Positions 9,085 through 17,451 of a DNA stretch of 24,000 nt are shown here, piece after piece; within the stretch, counting starts at the first letter, position 1, and each line of letters opens with the position of its first letter. The stretch is from contig JBDVIC010000002.1 of assembly GCA_039962805.1 (NCBI GenBank), positions 132,263 to 156,262 of the forward strand, given 5' to 3'. Source of the stretch: Balneola sp. Lineage in GTDB: Bacteria; Bacteroidota; Rhodothermia; Balneolales; Balneolaceae. Under the pieces are notes generated by a model. It saw only the letters and a list, made by a program, of their open reading frames with translations, was not told the origin of the DNA and searched no databases. The translations under genes and the position numbers were made by a program.

Positions 9085-10185
9085 ATGGCAAAAAAGAAAA
9101 AAAGTGATGTAGAATTTGCTCCAAGAGGAATTGGAGACGAAAAATCAGGGGCGGTGCAAAAGGGAGTCGATCTTCCGGATGCTACAAAATCCACACATAA
9201 AGACTTAGGTCTTTCTGGGGCAAAGCTGAAAGCGATGTATGAGCAAATGTATTTGCAACGTCGTTTTGAAGAACGAGCTATGCAACAGTACCAGAAAGGT
9301 AAGTTTGGAGGATTCCTTCACTTATATATCGGACAGGAAGCAGTCTCAACTGGAACTACATTTGCGCTGAATGATGATGATGATATTATAACAGCTTATC
9401 GAGATCATGGTTGGGGATTGTGTAGAGGAATTACACCAAATGAAGGAATGGCTGAGCTTTTTGGTAAAGCAACAGGATGTTCAAGAGGTAAAGGTGGTTC
9501 GATGCATTTCGCTAAAGCTGAAAATCACTTTTGGGGTGGTTATGGTATTGTAGGTGGGCACATTCCTATTGGTGGAGGACTTGCTTTCGCTAATAAATAT
9601 GACCAAAACGGCCGCATTTCTACTTGTTTCTTTGGTGATGGTGCTGTAGATCAAGGAGCATTACACGAGACTTTTAATATTGCACAGTTATGGAAGCTCC
9701 CAGCAATTTTTGTTGTTGAGAATAACGGTTATTCTATGGGAACTGCTGCCAGAAGACATACCGTTGCGGAAATTGTTGACCGCGCGGATGGCTATGGAAT
9801 GAAAAGTGCCGTTATTAATGGAATGGATGTTTTTTCTGTATATGAGAAGATGAAAGAAATTGCAGATGATGTTCGTAAGAATTCTGAGCCTTGGTTTGTT
9901 GAGATTAGAACATACCGTTACAGAGGACATTCAATGTCTGATCCTCAGAAGTACAGAACTAAAGAAGAGTTAGAAGAATATCAGGGTTTTGATCCAATTG
10001 AGCGATTGAAAAACTACATATTAGAAAATGACATTGCTAAAGAAGCTGCTTTAACGAAGATTGAAGAGAAGGTAGATCAAGAAGTGTTGGATGCCGTTGA
10101 ATTTGCGGACAAGTCTGACTTCCCGAAAGAAGAAGAACTCTACGAAGATATGTTTGTAGAAGATGAACCATACTTCCACACCTAA
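9085..10185 (+). CDS. pdhA: pyruvate dehydrogenase E1 component, alpha subunit
   Basis: TPP-dependent E1-alpha motifs: YRDHG, GKGGSMH, FFGDGAVDQGALHETFNIAQLWKLPAIFVVENNGYSMGT, YRYRGHSMSDP. First gene of an E1a-E1b-E2 operon. Confidence 0.92.
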   Translation: MAKKKKSDVEFAPRGIGDEKSGAVQKGVDLPDATKSTHKDLGLSGAKLKAMYEQMYLQRRFEERAMQQYQKGKFGGFLHLYIGQEAVSTGTTFALNDDDDIITAYRDHGWGLCRGITPNEGMAELFGKATGCSRGKGGSMHFAKAENHFWGGYGIVGGHIPIGGGLAFANKYDQNGRISTCFFGDGAVDQGALHETFNIAQLWKLPAIFVVENNGYSMGTAARRHTVAEIVDRADGYGMKSAVINGMDVFSVYEKMKEIADDVRKNSEPWFVEIRTYRYRGHSMSDPQKYRTKEELEEYQGFDPIERLKNYILENDIAKEAALTKIEEKVDQEVLDAVEFADKSDFPKEEELYEDMFVEDEPYFHT

Positions 10186-10208
10186 AAAGAATATCAAAGA
10201 ATAGAATA

Positions 10209-11192
10209 ATGGCTGAATTACAATTTAGAGAAGCAATTAAAGCTGCCATCGATGAAGAAATGGCAAAAGACGAGAAAGTACTTGTAATGGGTGAAGAAGT
10301 TGCTGAATACAACGGCGCTTACAAAACCACAGAAGGACTTCTGGACAAATATGGTTATAAAAGAGTGATCGACACACCAATTTCAGAACTTGGCTTTGCC
10401 GGTATTGGAGTAGGTGCTGCTATGAATGGGTTACGACCAATTGTTGAATTTATGACCTTTAATTTTGCAGTATTAGCAGCTGATCAGATCATAAATCACG
10501 CTTCTAAAGTTAAATACATGACGGGTGGACAGATTAGTTGTCCAATAGTTTTTAGAGGTCCAAATGCTTCTGCAGGACAGCTAGGAGCTACACATTCTGT
10601 AGCTTATGATTCCATGTATGCTCACTTTCCTGGTCTTAAAGTTATTTACACTTCAGAGCCTGGCGATGCAAAAGGATTACTTAAATCGGCAATTCGTGAT
10701 GACAATCCGGTTCTATTTATGGAATCAGAGCAAATGTACGGTTTAAAAGGTGACGTACCCGATGACGAGGACTACATCATTCCGATTGGGAAAGGTAAGA
10801 TAAAAAGAGAAGGTAGCGATGTTACTTTAGTTGCTCATGGTAAAATGTATCACTTAGCTGTAAAAGCTGCAGAGCAATTAGCTAAAGATGGTGTTGAATG
10901 TGAGATCATCGATCCAAGAACAGTTAAGCCATTAGATCTTCCTTTAATTATTGAGTCGATCAAAAAGACAAACCGTTGTGTACTTTTGGATGAAGCACAT
11001 CCTTTTGGTGGACTAGCAGCGGAAGTTGGATTCTTAATTCAGCGTGAAGCTTTCGATTATTTAGACGCTCCGGTACAGCGTGTTACCTTACCGGATGTAT
11101 GTGCACCGTTCGCTAAAAATCTATTCGATTTATGGTACCCATCTGTTAAGCAAGTGGTTGATGCCGTTAATCAAGTTACCTACAGAAATTAA
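10209..11192 (+). CDS. pdhB: pyruvate dehydrogenase E1 component, beta subunit
   Basis: 327 aa. Transketolase-like pyrimidine-binding and C-terminal domains (VIDTPISELGFAGIGVGAAMNGLRPIVEFMTFNF, NPVLFMESE). Starts 23 nt after pdhA. Confidence 0.92.
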   Translation: MAELQFREAIKAAIDEEMAKDEKVLVMGEEVAEYNGAYKTTEGLLDKYGYKRVIDTPISELGFAGIGVGAAMNGLRPIVEFMTFNFAVLAADQIINHASKVKYMTGGQISCPIVFRGPNASAGQLGATHSVAYDSMYAHFPGLKVIYTSEPGDAKGLLKSAIRDDNPVLFMESEQMYGLKGDVPDDEDYIIPIGKGKIKREGSDVTLVAHGKMYHLAVKAAEQLAKDGVECEIIDPRTVKPLDLPLIIESIKKTNRCVLLDEAHPFGGLAAEVGFLIQREAFDYLDAPVQRVTLPDVCAPFAKNLFDLWYPSVKQVVDAVNQVTYRN

Positions 11193-11217
11193 TAAAACTC
11201 ACTAATAAGACGAAATT

Positions 11218-12483
11218 ATGGCTATTAAGATAGAAATGCCGAAGCTGAGCGACACTATGGAAGAAGGAGTGATCGCAAAATGGAATGTTAAAGAAGGTGA
11301 TAAAATTTCTGCGGGAGATATTATTGCTGAGGTGGAAACAGATAAAGCAACTATGGATGTAGAAGCTTTTGATGATGGAACACTCCTTAAAATTTTTCCT
11401 GCTGAAGGCGATGCAGTTCCACTAGGTGGATTAATTGCTGTTATTGGTGAAGAAGGAGAAGATATTTCAGATATCATTGATGGAGCAGGTGGTAGTTCTT
11501 CCTCATCTTCAGAAGATTCTTCAAAGGAAGAGAAAACTGAGGAAAAATCTGATTCCAAATCAGAAGAGGAAGAAAAGACAGCTTCTGATAATGAGAAAAA
11601 AGAAAGTACTTCTTCTTCAGATGATGGAAGAGTAAAAGCATCTCCATTAGCAAAGAAAATGGCTGAAGACAAAGGAATTGATATTTCTTCAGTAAAAGGA
11701 TCAGGTCCTGAAGGTCGTATTGTTAAAAAGGATATCGAGGACTTTAAAGCAGATGGAAAAGCAGCTAAATCGAGCACTTCATCTACTCAGAGTTACCAGA
11801 GTTTAGAAAGTAAAGAAGTGAAAGTTTCTCAAATGAGAAAAGTAATAGCTCGTCGACTTTCTGAAAGTAAATTTACGAATCCACATTTTTATGAAACTAT
11901 CGACATTGACATGAAGGCTGCATTTGCTGCTCGATCTTCAATGAATGAAGCAAATGATGTAAAGATAAGCTTCAACGATATTGTTGTGAAGGCTTGTGCT
12001 ATCGCTCTAACGCGTCATCAAGCAATAAACAGCTCTTGGCATGATGATGTAATTAAAGAGCATGGTGACGTTCATGTGGCTGTTGCAGTTGCAATCGATG
12101 AAGGTTTAATGACCCCTGTAATTAATCATACTGACAAAAAAGGCTTAGCTGAAATTTCTGCAGAAACCAGAGAGTTAGCGGGTTTAGCTAGAGATAGAAA
12201 ATTACAGCCGGAACAAATGGAAGGAAGTACTTTTACGATTTCCAATTTAGGAATGTTCGGAATAGAAGATTTTACTGCTATCATTAATCCACCTAATGCT
12301 TGTATTTTAGCTGTTGGTGCGATCAGAGATGTGCCTGTAATTGAGAACGGTGAAGTTGTTCCTGGCAAGAGAATGAAGGTTACTTTATCAAGCGACCATA
12401 GAGTTGTTGATGGAGCAAAAGCTGCACAGTTCTTGAATACGGTGAAAAATCTTCTTGAAAATCCTCTTTCTATGTTATTATAA
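11218..12483 (+). CDS. pdhC: dihydrolipoamide acetyltransferase (PDH E2)
   Basis: Lipoyl domain with the ETDKATMDVEA lipoyl-Lys motif, subunit-binding domain ASPLAKKMAEDKGIDISSVKGSGPEGRIVKKDIE, and catalytic domain with DHRVVDGA. Confidence 0.92.
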   Translation: MAIKIEMPKLSDTMEEGVIAKWNVKEGDKISAGDIIAEVETDKATMDVEAFDDGTLLKIFPAEGDAVPLGGLIAVIGEEGEDISDIIDGAGGSSSSSSEDSSKEEKTEEKSDSKSEEEEKTASDNEKKESTSSSDDGRVKASPLAKKMAEDKGIDISSVKGSGPEGRIVKKDIEDFKADGKAAKSSTSSTQSYQSLESKEVKVSQMRKVIARRLSESKFTNPHFYETIDIDMKAAFAARSSMNEANDVKISFNDIVVKACAIALTRHQAINSSWHDDVIKEHGDVHVAVAVAIDEGLMTPVINHTDKKGLAEISAETRELAGLARDRKLQPEQMEGSTFTISNLGMFGIEDFTAIINPPNACILAVGAIRDVPVIENGEVVPGKRMKVTLSSDHRVVDGAKAAQFLNTVKNLLENPLSMLL

Positions 12484-12511
12484 GCTAACTAGAAAAAATT
12501 ATTTAAGTAAA

Positions 12512-12543
12512 AGCTCTGATAAATCATCAGGGCTTTTTTTTTT
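12512..12543 (+). terminator. rho-independent terminator between the convergent pdh operon and the MotB-like gene
   Basis: Stem agctctgat / atcagggct (one G-T wobble), loop aaatc, then a run of 9-10 T. On the other strand only a short U-tract follows, so it mainly terminates the + strand operon. Confidence 0.65.
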
Positions 12544-12548
12544 GAGGC

Positions 12549-14258
12549 TTATTTAACTCGCTCGATAAGATAAATGATAGAGCTGAGGTCGGAGCTATCA
12601 CGGCTAAAAGTATTGTATAAGGATAGTATTTCTTCCCAATTAGAAAATGGTCGAGATACTAAATAATACCTGTTATTATCATATAATTTGATGCTACTCT
12701 CCAGACCCATTTCAGCTTTTATTCTTTGGGCGAGTATATCTGCATCGTTTCTATTTGAAAATGATGCTATTTGGAGTTGATATAAAAAAGTGTACTCAGA
12801 TACAGATTCAGGATCATACTTAATAAAAGCATTATTAAGCCCATCAAAACTCTTAATTTCTTGTAGTCTCTGTTCTATCCTCCTTCTACTAGAAATGGGC
12901 TTTGTAAGCACAGAATAAGCTTGGAGTGACATCTGGTTAATCTCAGCATCTATATCAAAATCAGTAGCTATCGTTTCTTTAAAATTAAGAGCATTTTGTT
13001 CATTTTGGAAAAAGCCCAACTGAATTTGATAAGTTATAGGTAAGGGACGTTTAGATGTATTTTCGTAGCATTGCTGAATTACCCCAGTAACTAAATCCTC
13101 ATCTACTTTGCTAATTATATCTTCCTGTATACTTAAAATGTCAGAAAAAGAGCCTTTGCTAGCCGTCCGAACGGAAAACAAACGATTATTATAGGTGATA
13201 TCAAAAGTGTAACCGGTTTGACGCTCAGCTTCATCTGCAGCATTTAGGCTTTGTATAAAAGATTCAAAGTTCCCCAACTGAACTGCATAGGAACATCCGG
13301 CTGCATCTGTATCAACTTTTCTAGGAGTAGTTGTTGATGTGTTCTCTGTATTTTGAGGTGTATTTACAGGTTGAGTTACAGAAGCGCTGGTATTCTCATC
13401 ATCTGAAAACTCAGGATCGGAATTGGTTGGTTCATTCTCAGTATCATTTTCATCAACTTCAGCGGCAATATTCTCAACTATGTTTTCAAGAATAGCAGAA
13501 CTATCAGTATTGATCTCTGATTCATTGGATAAAAGTACAGAATCTGCTCCTGCAACTGATTCCGGGTTGGAATAATATAAACGCAAGACTACGCGTCTAT
13601 TCTCATCCTTATTAGCCGGCATTGGATTTCCCTGATCATCGAAATTAACTAATGGACGTGAGTCAGCATAGCCAGAAGCTTTTAATCGTTTTTGAGGAAG
13701 CCCCATTTCGCTAAAATAACGAACAATATTAGAAGCTCTGGAAGTAGATAATTCCCAATTTGATGGAAATGAGGAGGAGGAAATAGGAACGTTGTCTGTA
13801 TGTCCTTCTACATCAATTTCGAAATCATTATATTCAATGAGTTGAAAAGCAGCCAATACCCGATTAAGTATTTGCGTTGCATCGTCCTGTAATTGAGCAC
13901 TTCCCGAATTGTAAAGATCATCACTTTTAAACCTTATTCTTACATCGTTAAGCTCTCTAAATATCTCCAATTGCCCCGCATCAATTTCCGGTTTTAATAG
14001 AATTTCGAGTTCTTCTTTTATTTTTTCTATAGGGGTAGTGATAAACTCTGATTGGTCATCAGATGATTTGAATAAATCCGAAACAGAGAATGATTCTCCA
14101 TTATTCAATTCTGAAAATGAAAGTAAAATCACAAGAAAACCAAGAAGTATAGTAATTATATCAAGATAACTAACCTGCCAACTGTCATCATCTTCCGGTT
14201 CCATTTCCTGTTTAGGAAATAGTGAGTTCTTTTTGCTATTTACGTGATCTGAATCCAA
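12549..14258 (-). CDS. MotB-like stator protein: TM with conserved Asp, OmpA-type peptidoglycan-binding domain, three C-terminal SPOR-like repeats
   Basis: 569 aa, TTG start 13 nt after the MotA-like stop. SWQVSYLDIITILLGFLVILLSF matches the MotB pattern W-x-[VT]-[ST]-Y-x-D-h-h-T-h-L at the cytoplasmic end of the TM (Asp33, codon 14160-14162). The OmpA-like core is EGHTDNVPI...SNWELSTSRASNIVRYF...ASGYADSRPL...NRRVVL. An acidic low-complexity linker follows. Then come three repeats with the SPOR pattern Y-x-[VIL]-Q-[LI]-[GA]-x-F...A, e.g. YQLQIASFSNRNDADILAQRIK...YYLVSRPFSNWEE. Confidence 0.85.
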   Translation of the reverse strand: MDSDHVNSKKNSLFPKQEMEPEDDDSWQVSYLDIITILLGFLVILLSFSELNNGESFSVSDLFKSSDDQSEFITTPIEKIKEELEILLKPEIDAGQLEIFRELNDVRIRFKSDDLYNSGSAQLQDDATQILNRVLAAFQLIEYNDFEIDVEGHTDNVPISSSSFPSNWELSTSRASNIVRYFSEMGLPQKRLKASGYADSRPLVNFDDQGNPMPANKDENRRVVLRLYYSNPESVAGADSVLLSNESEINTDSSAILENIVENIAAEVDENDTENEPTNSDPEFSDDENTSASVTQPVNTPQNTENTSTTTPRKVDTDAAGCSYAVQLGNFESFIQSLNAADEAERQTGYTFDITYNNRLFSVRTASKGSFSDILSIQEDIISKVDEDLVTGVIQQCYENTSKRPLPITYQIQLGFFQNEQNALNFKETIATDFDIDAEINQMSLQAYSVLTKPISSRRRIEQRLQEIKSFDGLNNAFIKYDPESVSEYTFLYQLQIASFSNRNDADILAQRIKAEMGLESSIKLYDNNRYYLVSRPFSNWEEILSLYNTFSRDSSDLSSIIYLIERVK

Positions 14259-14271
14259 CTATACTATCTGC

Positions 14272-15069
14272 CTAAAACTGTTGACTTGTTCGGTGCATAT
14301 GTGCTTTTAGCTTGTCATATATCTGTAGGGAAGACTTTTGTTGTTGAATCAGAAGTATACCCTCTAGAATTAATTTCTCTCTGAAGAACTGAAGAGAGGC
14401 AATGTTATTCATTTTCTTTGCCATAGGTACGAAAATGAAATTCCCAATAAGAATTCCATAAAGGGTGGTCATTAATGCCGCAGCTAACCCAGTTAATAAA
14501 GAATCCATTTCGTTAAATCCTGAAAGAAGAACAATAAGCCCAAACAAAGTCCCCAACATGCCAAATACAGGAGCTGTTTTTCCCATACTTGCTATAATTT
14601 GGTTGATCTGTTGTTGCCTAGTATAAGTTTCCTGGATGTTTATTTCGGCAAGTTCACGAAGCTCTTCTGTAGAATAATTTGTATCCAAAATTGAGAACAA
14701 ATACCCTTCAAAACGGTTGCTATATTCTTCACTTAGTTCTGAAACTGCTTTTATTTTATCAGCTCGTATTCTTTTTTGCCATTCAAGAATCTTTTCAATG
14801 TCTTGCTCTAATAAGCTATCATCAATATTGCTATGAGAAAAGAGGCGAGTGCTTTCTCCAAGAGCTTTAATTACTTTTTTGAATGGGAAACTTATAAATA
14901 CACTAGCTGAAATTCCGCCAAATACAATAGCGAGACTTGGTAAATTCAAGAACTCATATTTAGACGGTACTATATTATATTGAGCGAAGCCTGTCACTAA
15001 TAATGCCCCCCACACTAAGATGATTAAGGAGAGTAAGAAACTAAGTATATTTAAAAATGAAGTACGCAT
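14272..15069 (-). CDS. MotA/PomA-like proton-channel stator protein (MotA_ExbB family, 4 TM)
   Basis: 265 aa. Two N-terminal TMs, a ~100-aa charged cytoplasmic loop, then TAPVFGMLGTLFGLIVLL and LAAALMTTLYGILIGNFIFVPMAKKM, which match the MotA/ExbB channel core including both conserved Pro positions. The 4-TM topology fits MotA rather than 3-TM ExbB/TolQ. Confidence 0.85.
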   Translation of the reverse strand: MRTSFLNILSFLLSLIILVWGALLVTGFAQYNIVPSKYEFLNLPSLAIVFGGISASVFISFPFKKVIKALGESTRLFSHSNIDDSLLEQDIEKILEWQKRIRADKIKAVSELSEEYSNRFEGYLFSILDTNYSTEELRELAEINIQETYTRQQQINQIIASMGKTAPVFGMLGTLFGLIVLLSGFNEMDSLLTGLAAALMTTLYGILIGNFIFVPMAKKMNNIASLQFFREKLILEGILLIQQQKSSLQIYDKLKAHMHRTSQQF

Positions 15070-15078
15070 ATATTAGTT

Positions 15079-15588
15079 TTAATTAGGTTTTCTGTCTGGG
15101 AATTCATCAATCAGGCCTTGTCTTTTTAATTCTTCAACAATTAAGGGGGAAGGAGGAATGGGTAAATCTTTATCTAGATCGAGGGCTTGTCTCCAATATG
15201 TAACAAAATTTTCTATTGAACCTAATCCTAAATAAATACTGCCTTTCAACGCTAAGATATCTGCCGTTTGTTTAATGCTTGCAGCTACATTTATTAAGGC
15301 AAGGGCTTCTTGAAATTCATTGTTATAGAATTTTTGTTGAGCAGAGATGTAAAGTGAAGTTATTCTATTAGCTTGTATTTGATGGGTTTTATAGAGCTCA
15401 TCTTTATACAACTGCTCTAATGAGTCTCTACGGGCTTCTTCTTTTAGAACCAAAGGATCTACCGTACTTGTATCTGCCTGGATGGTATCACTGGTTTCCG
15501 GTGAGGCAGGAAGTGAATTATCCATAGCTTCTTTAGAACTTCCACAACCTGTTACAAATGTAAGAGAAAGCCCAAAAAGCATTATCAA
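15079..15588 (-). CDS. TPR-like lipoprotein
   Basis: 169 aa. Short signal sequence ending in lipobox FVTG|C. The start is TTG 15588 or ATG 15582. The C-terminal half is helical-repeat/TPR-like (FYNNEFQEALALINVAASI...ALKGSIYLGLGSIENFVTYWRQALDLD) and paralogous to the C-terminus of the 997-aa OM protein. Confidence 0.6.
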   Translation of the reverse strand: MIMLFGLSLTFVTGCGSSKEAMDNSLPASPETSDTIQADTSTVDPLVLKEEARRDSLEQLYKDELYKTHQIQANRITSLYISAQQKFYNNEFQEALALINVAASIKQTADILALKGSIYLGLGSIENFVTYWRQALDLDKDLPIPPSPLIVEELKRQGLIDEFPDRKPN

Positions 15589-15610
15589 AGCTTTATTCGA
15601 TATGTAGAAA

Positions 15611-17443
15611 TTAGTCTTGATCTTGCTTACTCAATTTTAAGGATTCTCTTAGTGAACTCACTAAAATCATTTTTGCTTTTCCTGTGTTTTCCTGCTCGCC
15701 ATCCAATTCCTCTAGTTCTAAGCGGATAAGTTGTTGCTCTCGCTTTGGTCTACCTGTTAATATTTTTTCTTTGGATATGTTATCAAGTCCCACTAAAGCT
15801 TCTAACAATGTAGATGTATCGATAGATTCGATTCCATTTTTTATTACTTCTTCATCAAGCTCAGGAATCTGGTCAATAGTAAAGAATTCTCTTTCAAGAA
15901 TATCACCAATAGGAGAACCGGTAGACTTTAACTGTTCTATATATTGCTTTTGTTCATCAACTGGTAAGTTTTCAAGAATTGGAAGGATATTTTCAACTCC
16001 ATAATCCTGTTGCTGTACATTATCTCTTACTTTAACCGCTTTCTCAAACAGGTTACCAGAAATAAGGCTTTGCTCCTTGTATGAAACGGTATGAAGAGTA
16101 GACATTTTGAGCATTATTTCTGCAGCTCTGGAGCGTTCAAAAGAGTTTAGAATAGAAGCTCCTTTTTCTTGTGGTAAATAGTCAAGGATTAAAGCTGCAC
16201 TTACATTATTCTCAGTTTTAATAAGCTCAGAAATCAAATTATCCGGTAAGTGAGTTAAGAACTTAAACAAACCAAGCTTAGCATGTTTCTTGGTAGACTT
16301 AGCATCCGTTTCTTCATCTTCTATGATTGAATTAAAATATTTAGCTGCTCTATATTTTTCATCAATCGACATTGCCTCTAAGTTAGTAATAGCATTAGCT
16401 ATTATGGCATATTTTTCTTCATCAAGATGATTATGAATCAGTTTAAGTGAGCTTTGATCAATAGCAGAAATGACTTCAGCAACATTCTTAGGACCATTTT
16501 TAGGATCGCTTTCAATCCAAAATTCAAATACCAGTGCTACTTCTTGTGGGTATTTGAAGAAGTTCTCAGAAACTAATTCAAATTCTGTTGCAATATCACG
16601 AGACTTCTCTTTACTGCTTCCATGAAAAGACATATTGCTGTCAGGGTTTAGGCTCCCTTCAACAGTTATATCACTTTTAATATTATCTCTTTGCGACTTT
16701 ACACTGGCTTGTTCTTTTGGTTTTCTGAAATAGCCCACGACAAGCAAGCCAACTAAAAAGACTCCCATAAGAATTATTTCTACGGTATAGTCTTTAAAAG
16801 AGGAAAGAAGGCTTTTAGGCTCGGGGTCTTCTAAAGTAATTACGGATGTAGGCTTGAAACTAGGATCAGGAATGGCAAGCTGAGTAATGTTTATCACATC
16901 TCCCCGAGCTAAATCAACTTTAGCTGCAAAACCGGTTACACGTCGCATAAAATCTAAATCGGTATCAGAAAGAGATGTATCGGCATAAACATTAACTGCC
17001 AAACTATTAAGTTTCAAACTTTTTACGGTGTTCCTGCTCAACACTGCTTCCGGTGATTGAGAAGCAGGTTGATTATTTTGAAGGTTTTCCTCAGGAAGGA
17101 AGGGTAGACCCGGCATAAACGTGTTTTGAGGTCTTCTGTTTACTACTTGATTATCAGTGCTTTGAAAAGTTTCTTCAACGAATTCTGCATCAATGTTCAC
17201 ATCAACAAAAAACTTTTTCCTATCAAAGTGATTGGATAATATTTGAATGATTTGAGAATCGTAGGCTTGTTCTAGAGATGCAATTTGAAGATCACCAGAT
17301 TGAGTTGAAGCATTTGACTGGGCAAAAGTATCACTAGGTATTACACAGAGTAATAACAGAGCTACTAGTAGATTTCTTAATGAAGAATAATTTCTCACGA
17401 CTTGTTTAATCAACATAAATATTTCGGACAACCTAAAAATCAT
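15611..17443 (-). CDS. membrane-anchored FliG-like rotor protein with a periplasmic FliF/YscJ-like (ring-building-motif-like) domain
   Basis: 610 aa. Signal peptide/TM1 (LLVALLLLCVIPSDTFA|Q), ~175-aa periplasmic part, TM at aa 219-238 followed by basic RKPKEQ (cytoplasmic side). aa ~295-605 resemble the FliG N/M/C armadillo domains. ENNVSAALILDYLPQEKGASILNSFERSRAAEIMLKMSTLHTVS compares with the FliG middle EHPQtiAliLsyL-p-qAa-vL--lp-e-q-ev--Ria-m--vs. FFTIDQIPELDEEVIKNGIESIDTSTLLEALVGLDNISKEKILTGRPKREQQLIRLELEEL compares with FliG_C F-F-dl--ld-r-iq-ll-evd---L--ALkga-----ekf--nmS-Ra---l--dl. Alternative start ATG at 17416. Confidence 0.72.
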   Translation of the reverse strand: MIFRLSEIFMLIKQVVRNYSSLRNLLVALLLLCVIPSDTFAQSNASTQSGDLQIASLEQAYDSQIIQILSNHFDRKKFFVDVNIDAEFVEETFQSTDNQVVNRRPQNTFMPGLPFLPEENLQNNQPASQSPEAVLSRNTVKSLKLNSLAVNVYADTSLSDTDLDFMRRVTGFAAKVDLARGDVINITQLAIPDPSFKPTSVITLEDPEPKSLLSSFKDYTVEIILMGVFLVGLLVVGYFRKPKEQASVKSQRDNIKSDITVEGSLNPDSNMSFHGSSKEKSRDIATEFELVSENFFKYPQEVALVFEFWIESDPKNGPKNVAEVISAIDQSSLKLIHNHLDEEKYAIIANAITNLEAMSIDEKYRAAKYFNSIIEDEETDAKSTKKHAKLGLFKFLTHLPDNLISELIKTENNVSAALILDYLPQEKGASILNSFERSRAAEIMLKMSTLHTVSYKEQSLISGNLFEKAVKVRDNVQQQDYGVENILPILENLPVDEQKQYIEQLKSTGSPIGDILEREFFTIDQIPELDEEVIKNGIESIDTSTLLEALVGLDNISKEKILTGRPKREQQLIRLELEELDGEQENTGKAKMILVSSLRESLKLSKQDQD

Positions 17444-17451
17444 TGATTCTC

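Noticed and set aside
11202-11777. 191-aa Ser/Glu-rich ORF on the minus strand
   Set aside because: It lies entirely antisense to the well-supported E2 gene and mirrors its low-complexity Ser/Glu/Lys linker. There are no independent coding signals, so it is a shadow ORF.
12549-15069. Reading the stator pair as TolQ/TolR or ExbB/ExbD
   Set aside because: The A subunit has 4 TMs with a large loop between TM2 and TM3. The B subunit has an OmpA-type peptidoglycan-binding domain. TolR/ExbD lack that domain, and TolQ/ExbB have 3 TMs. No tolA/tonB/pal/tolB neighbours are present.
12549-17443. Reading the FliG-like/MotA/MotB genes as an ordinary fragment of a flagellar operon
   Set aside because: The FliG-like protein is covalently membrane-anchored with its own periplasmic domain. 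MotB carries SPOR repeats. The genes are packed head-to-tail behind chaperone/usher-like genes. No fliM/fliN/fliF/flhA/flagellin genes are in the 24 kb. I cannot exclude flagellar genes elsewhere in the genome.
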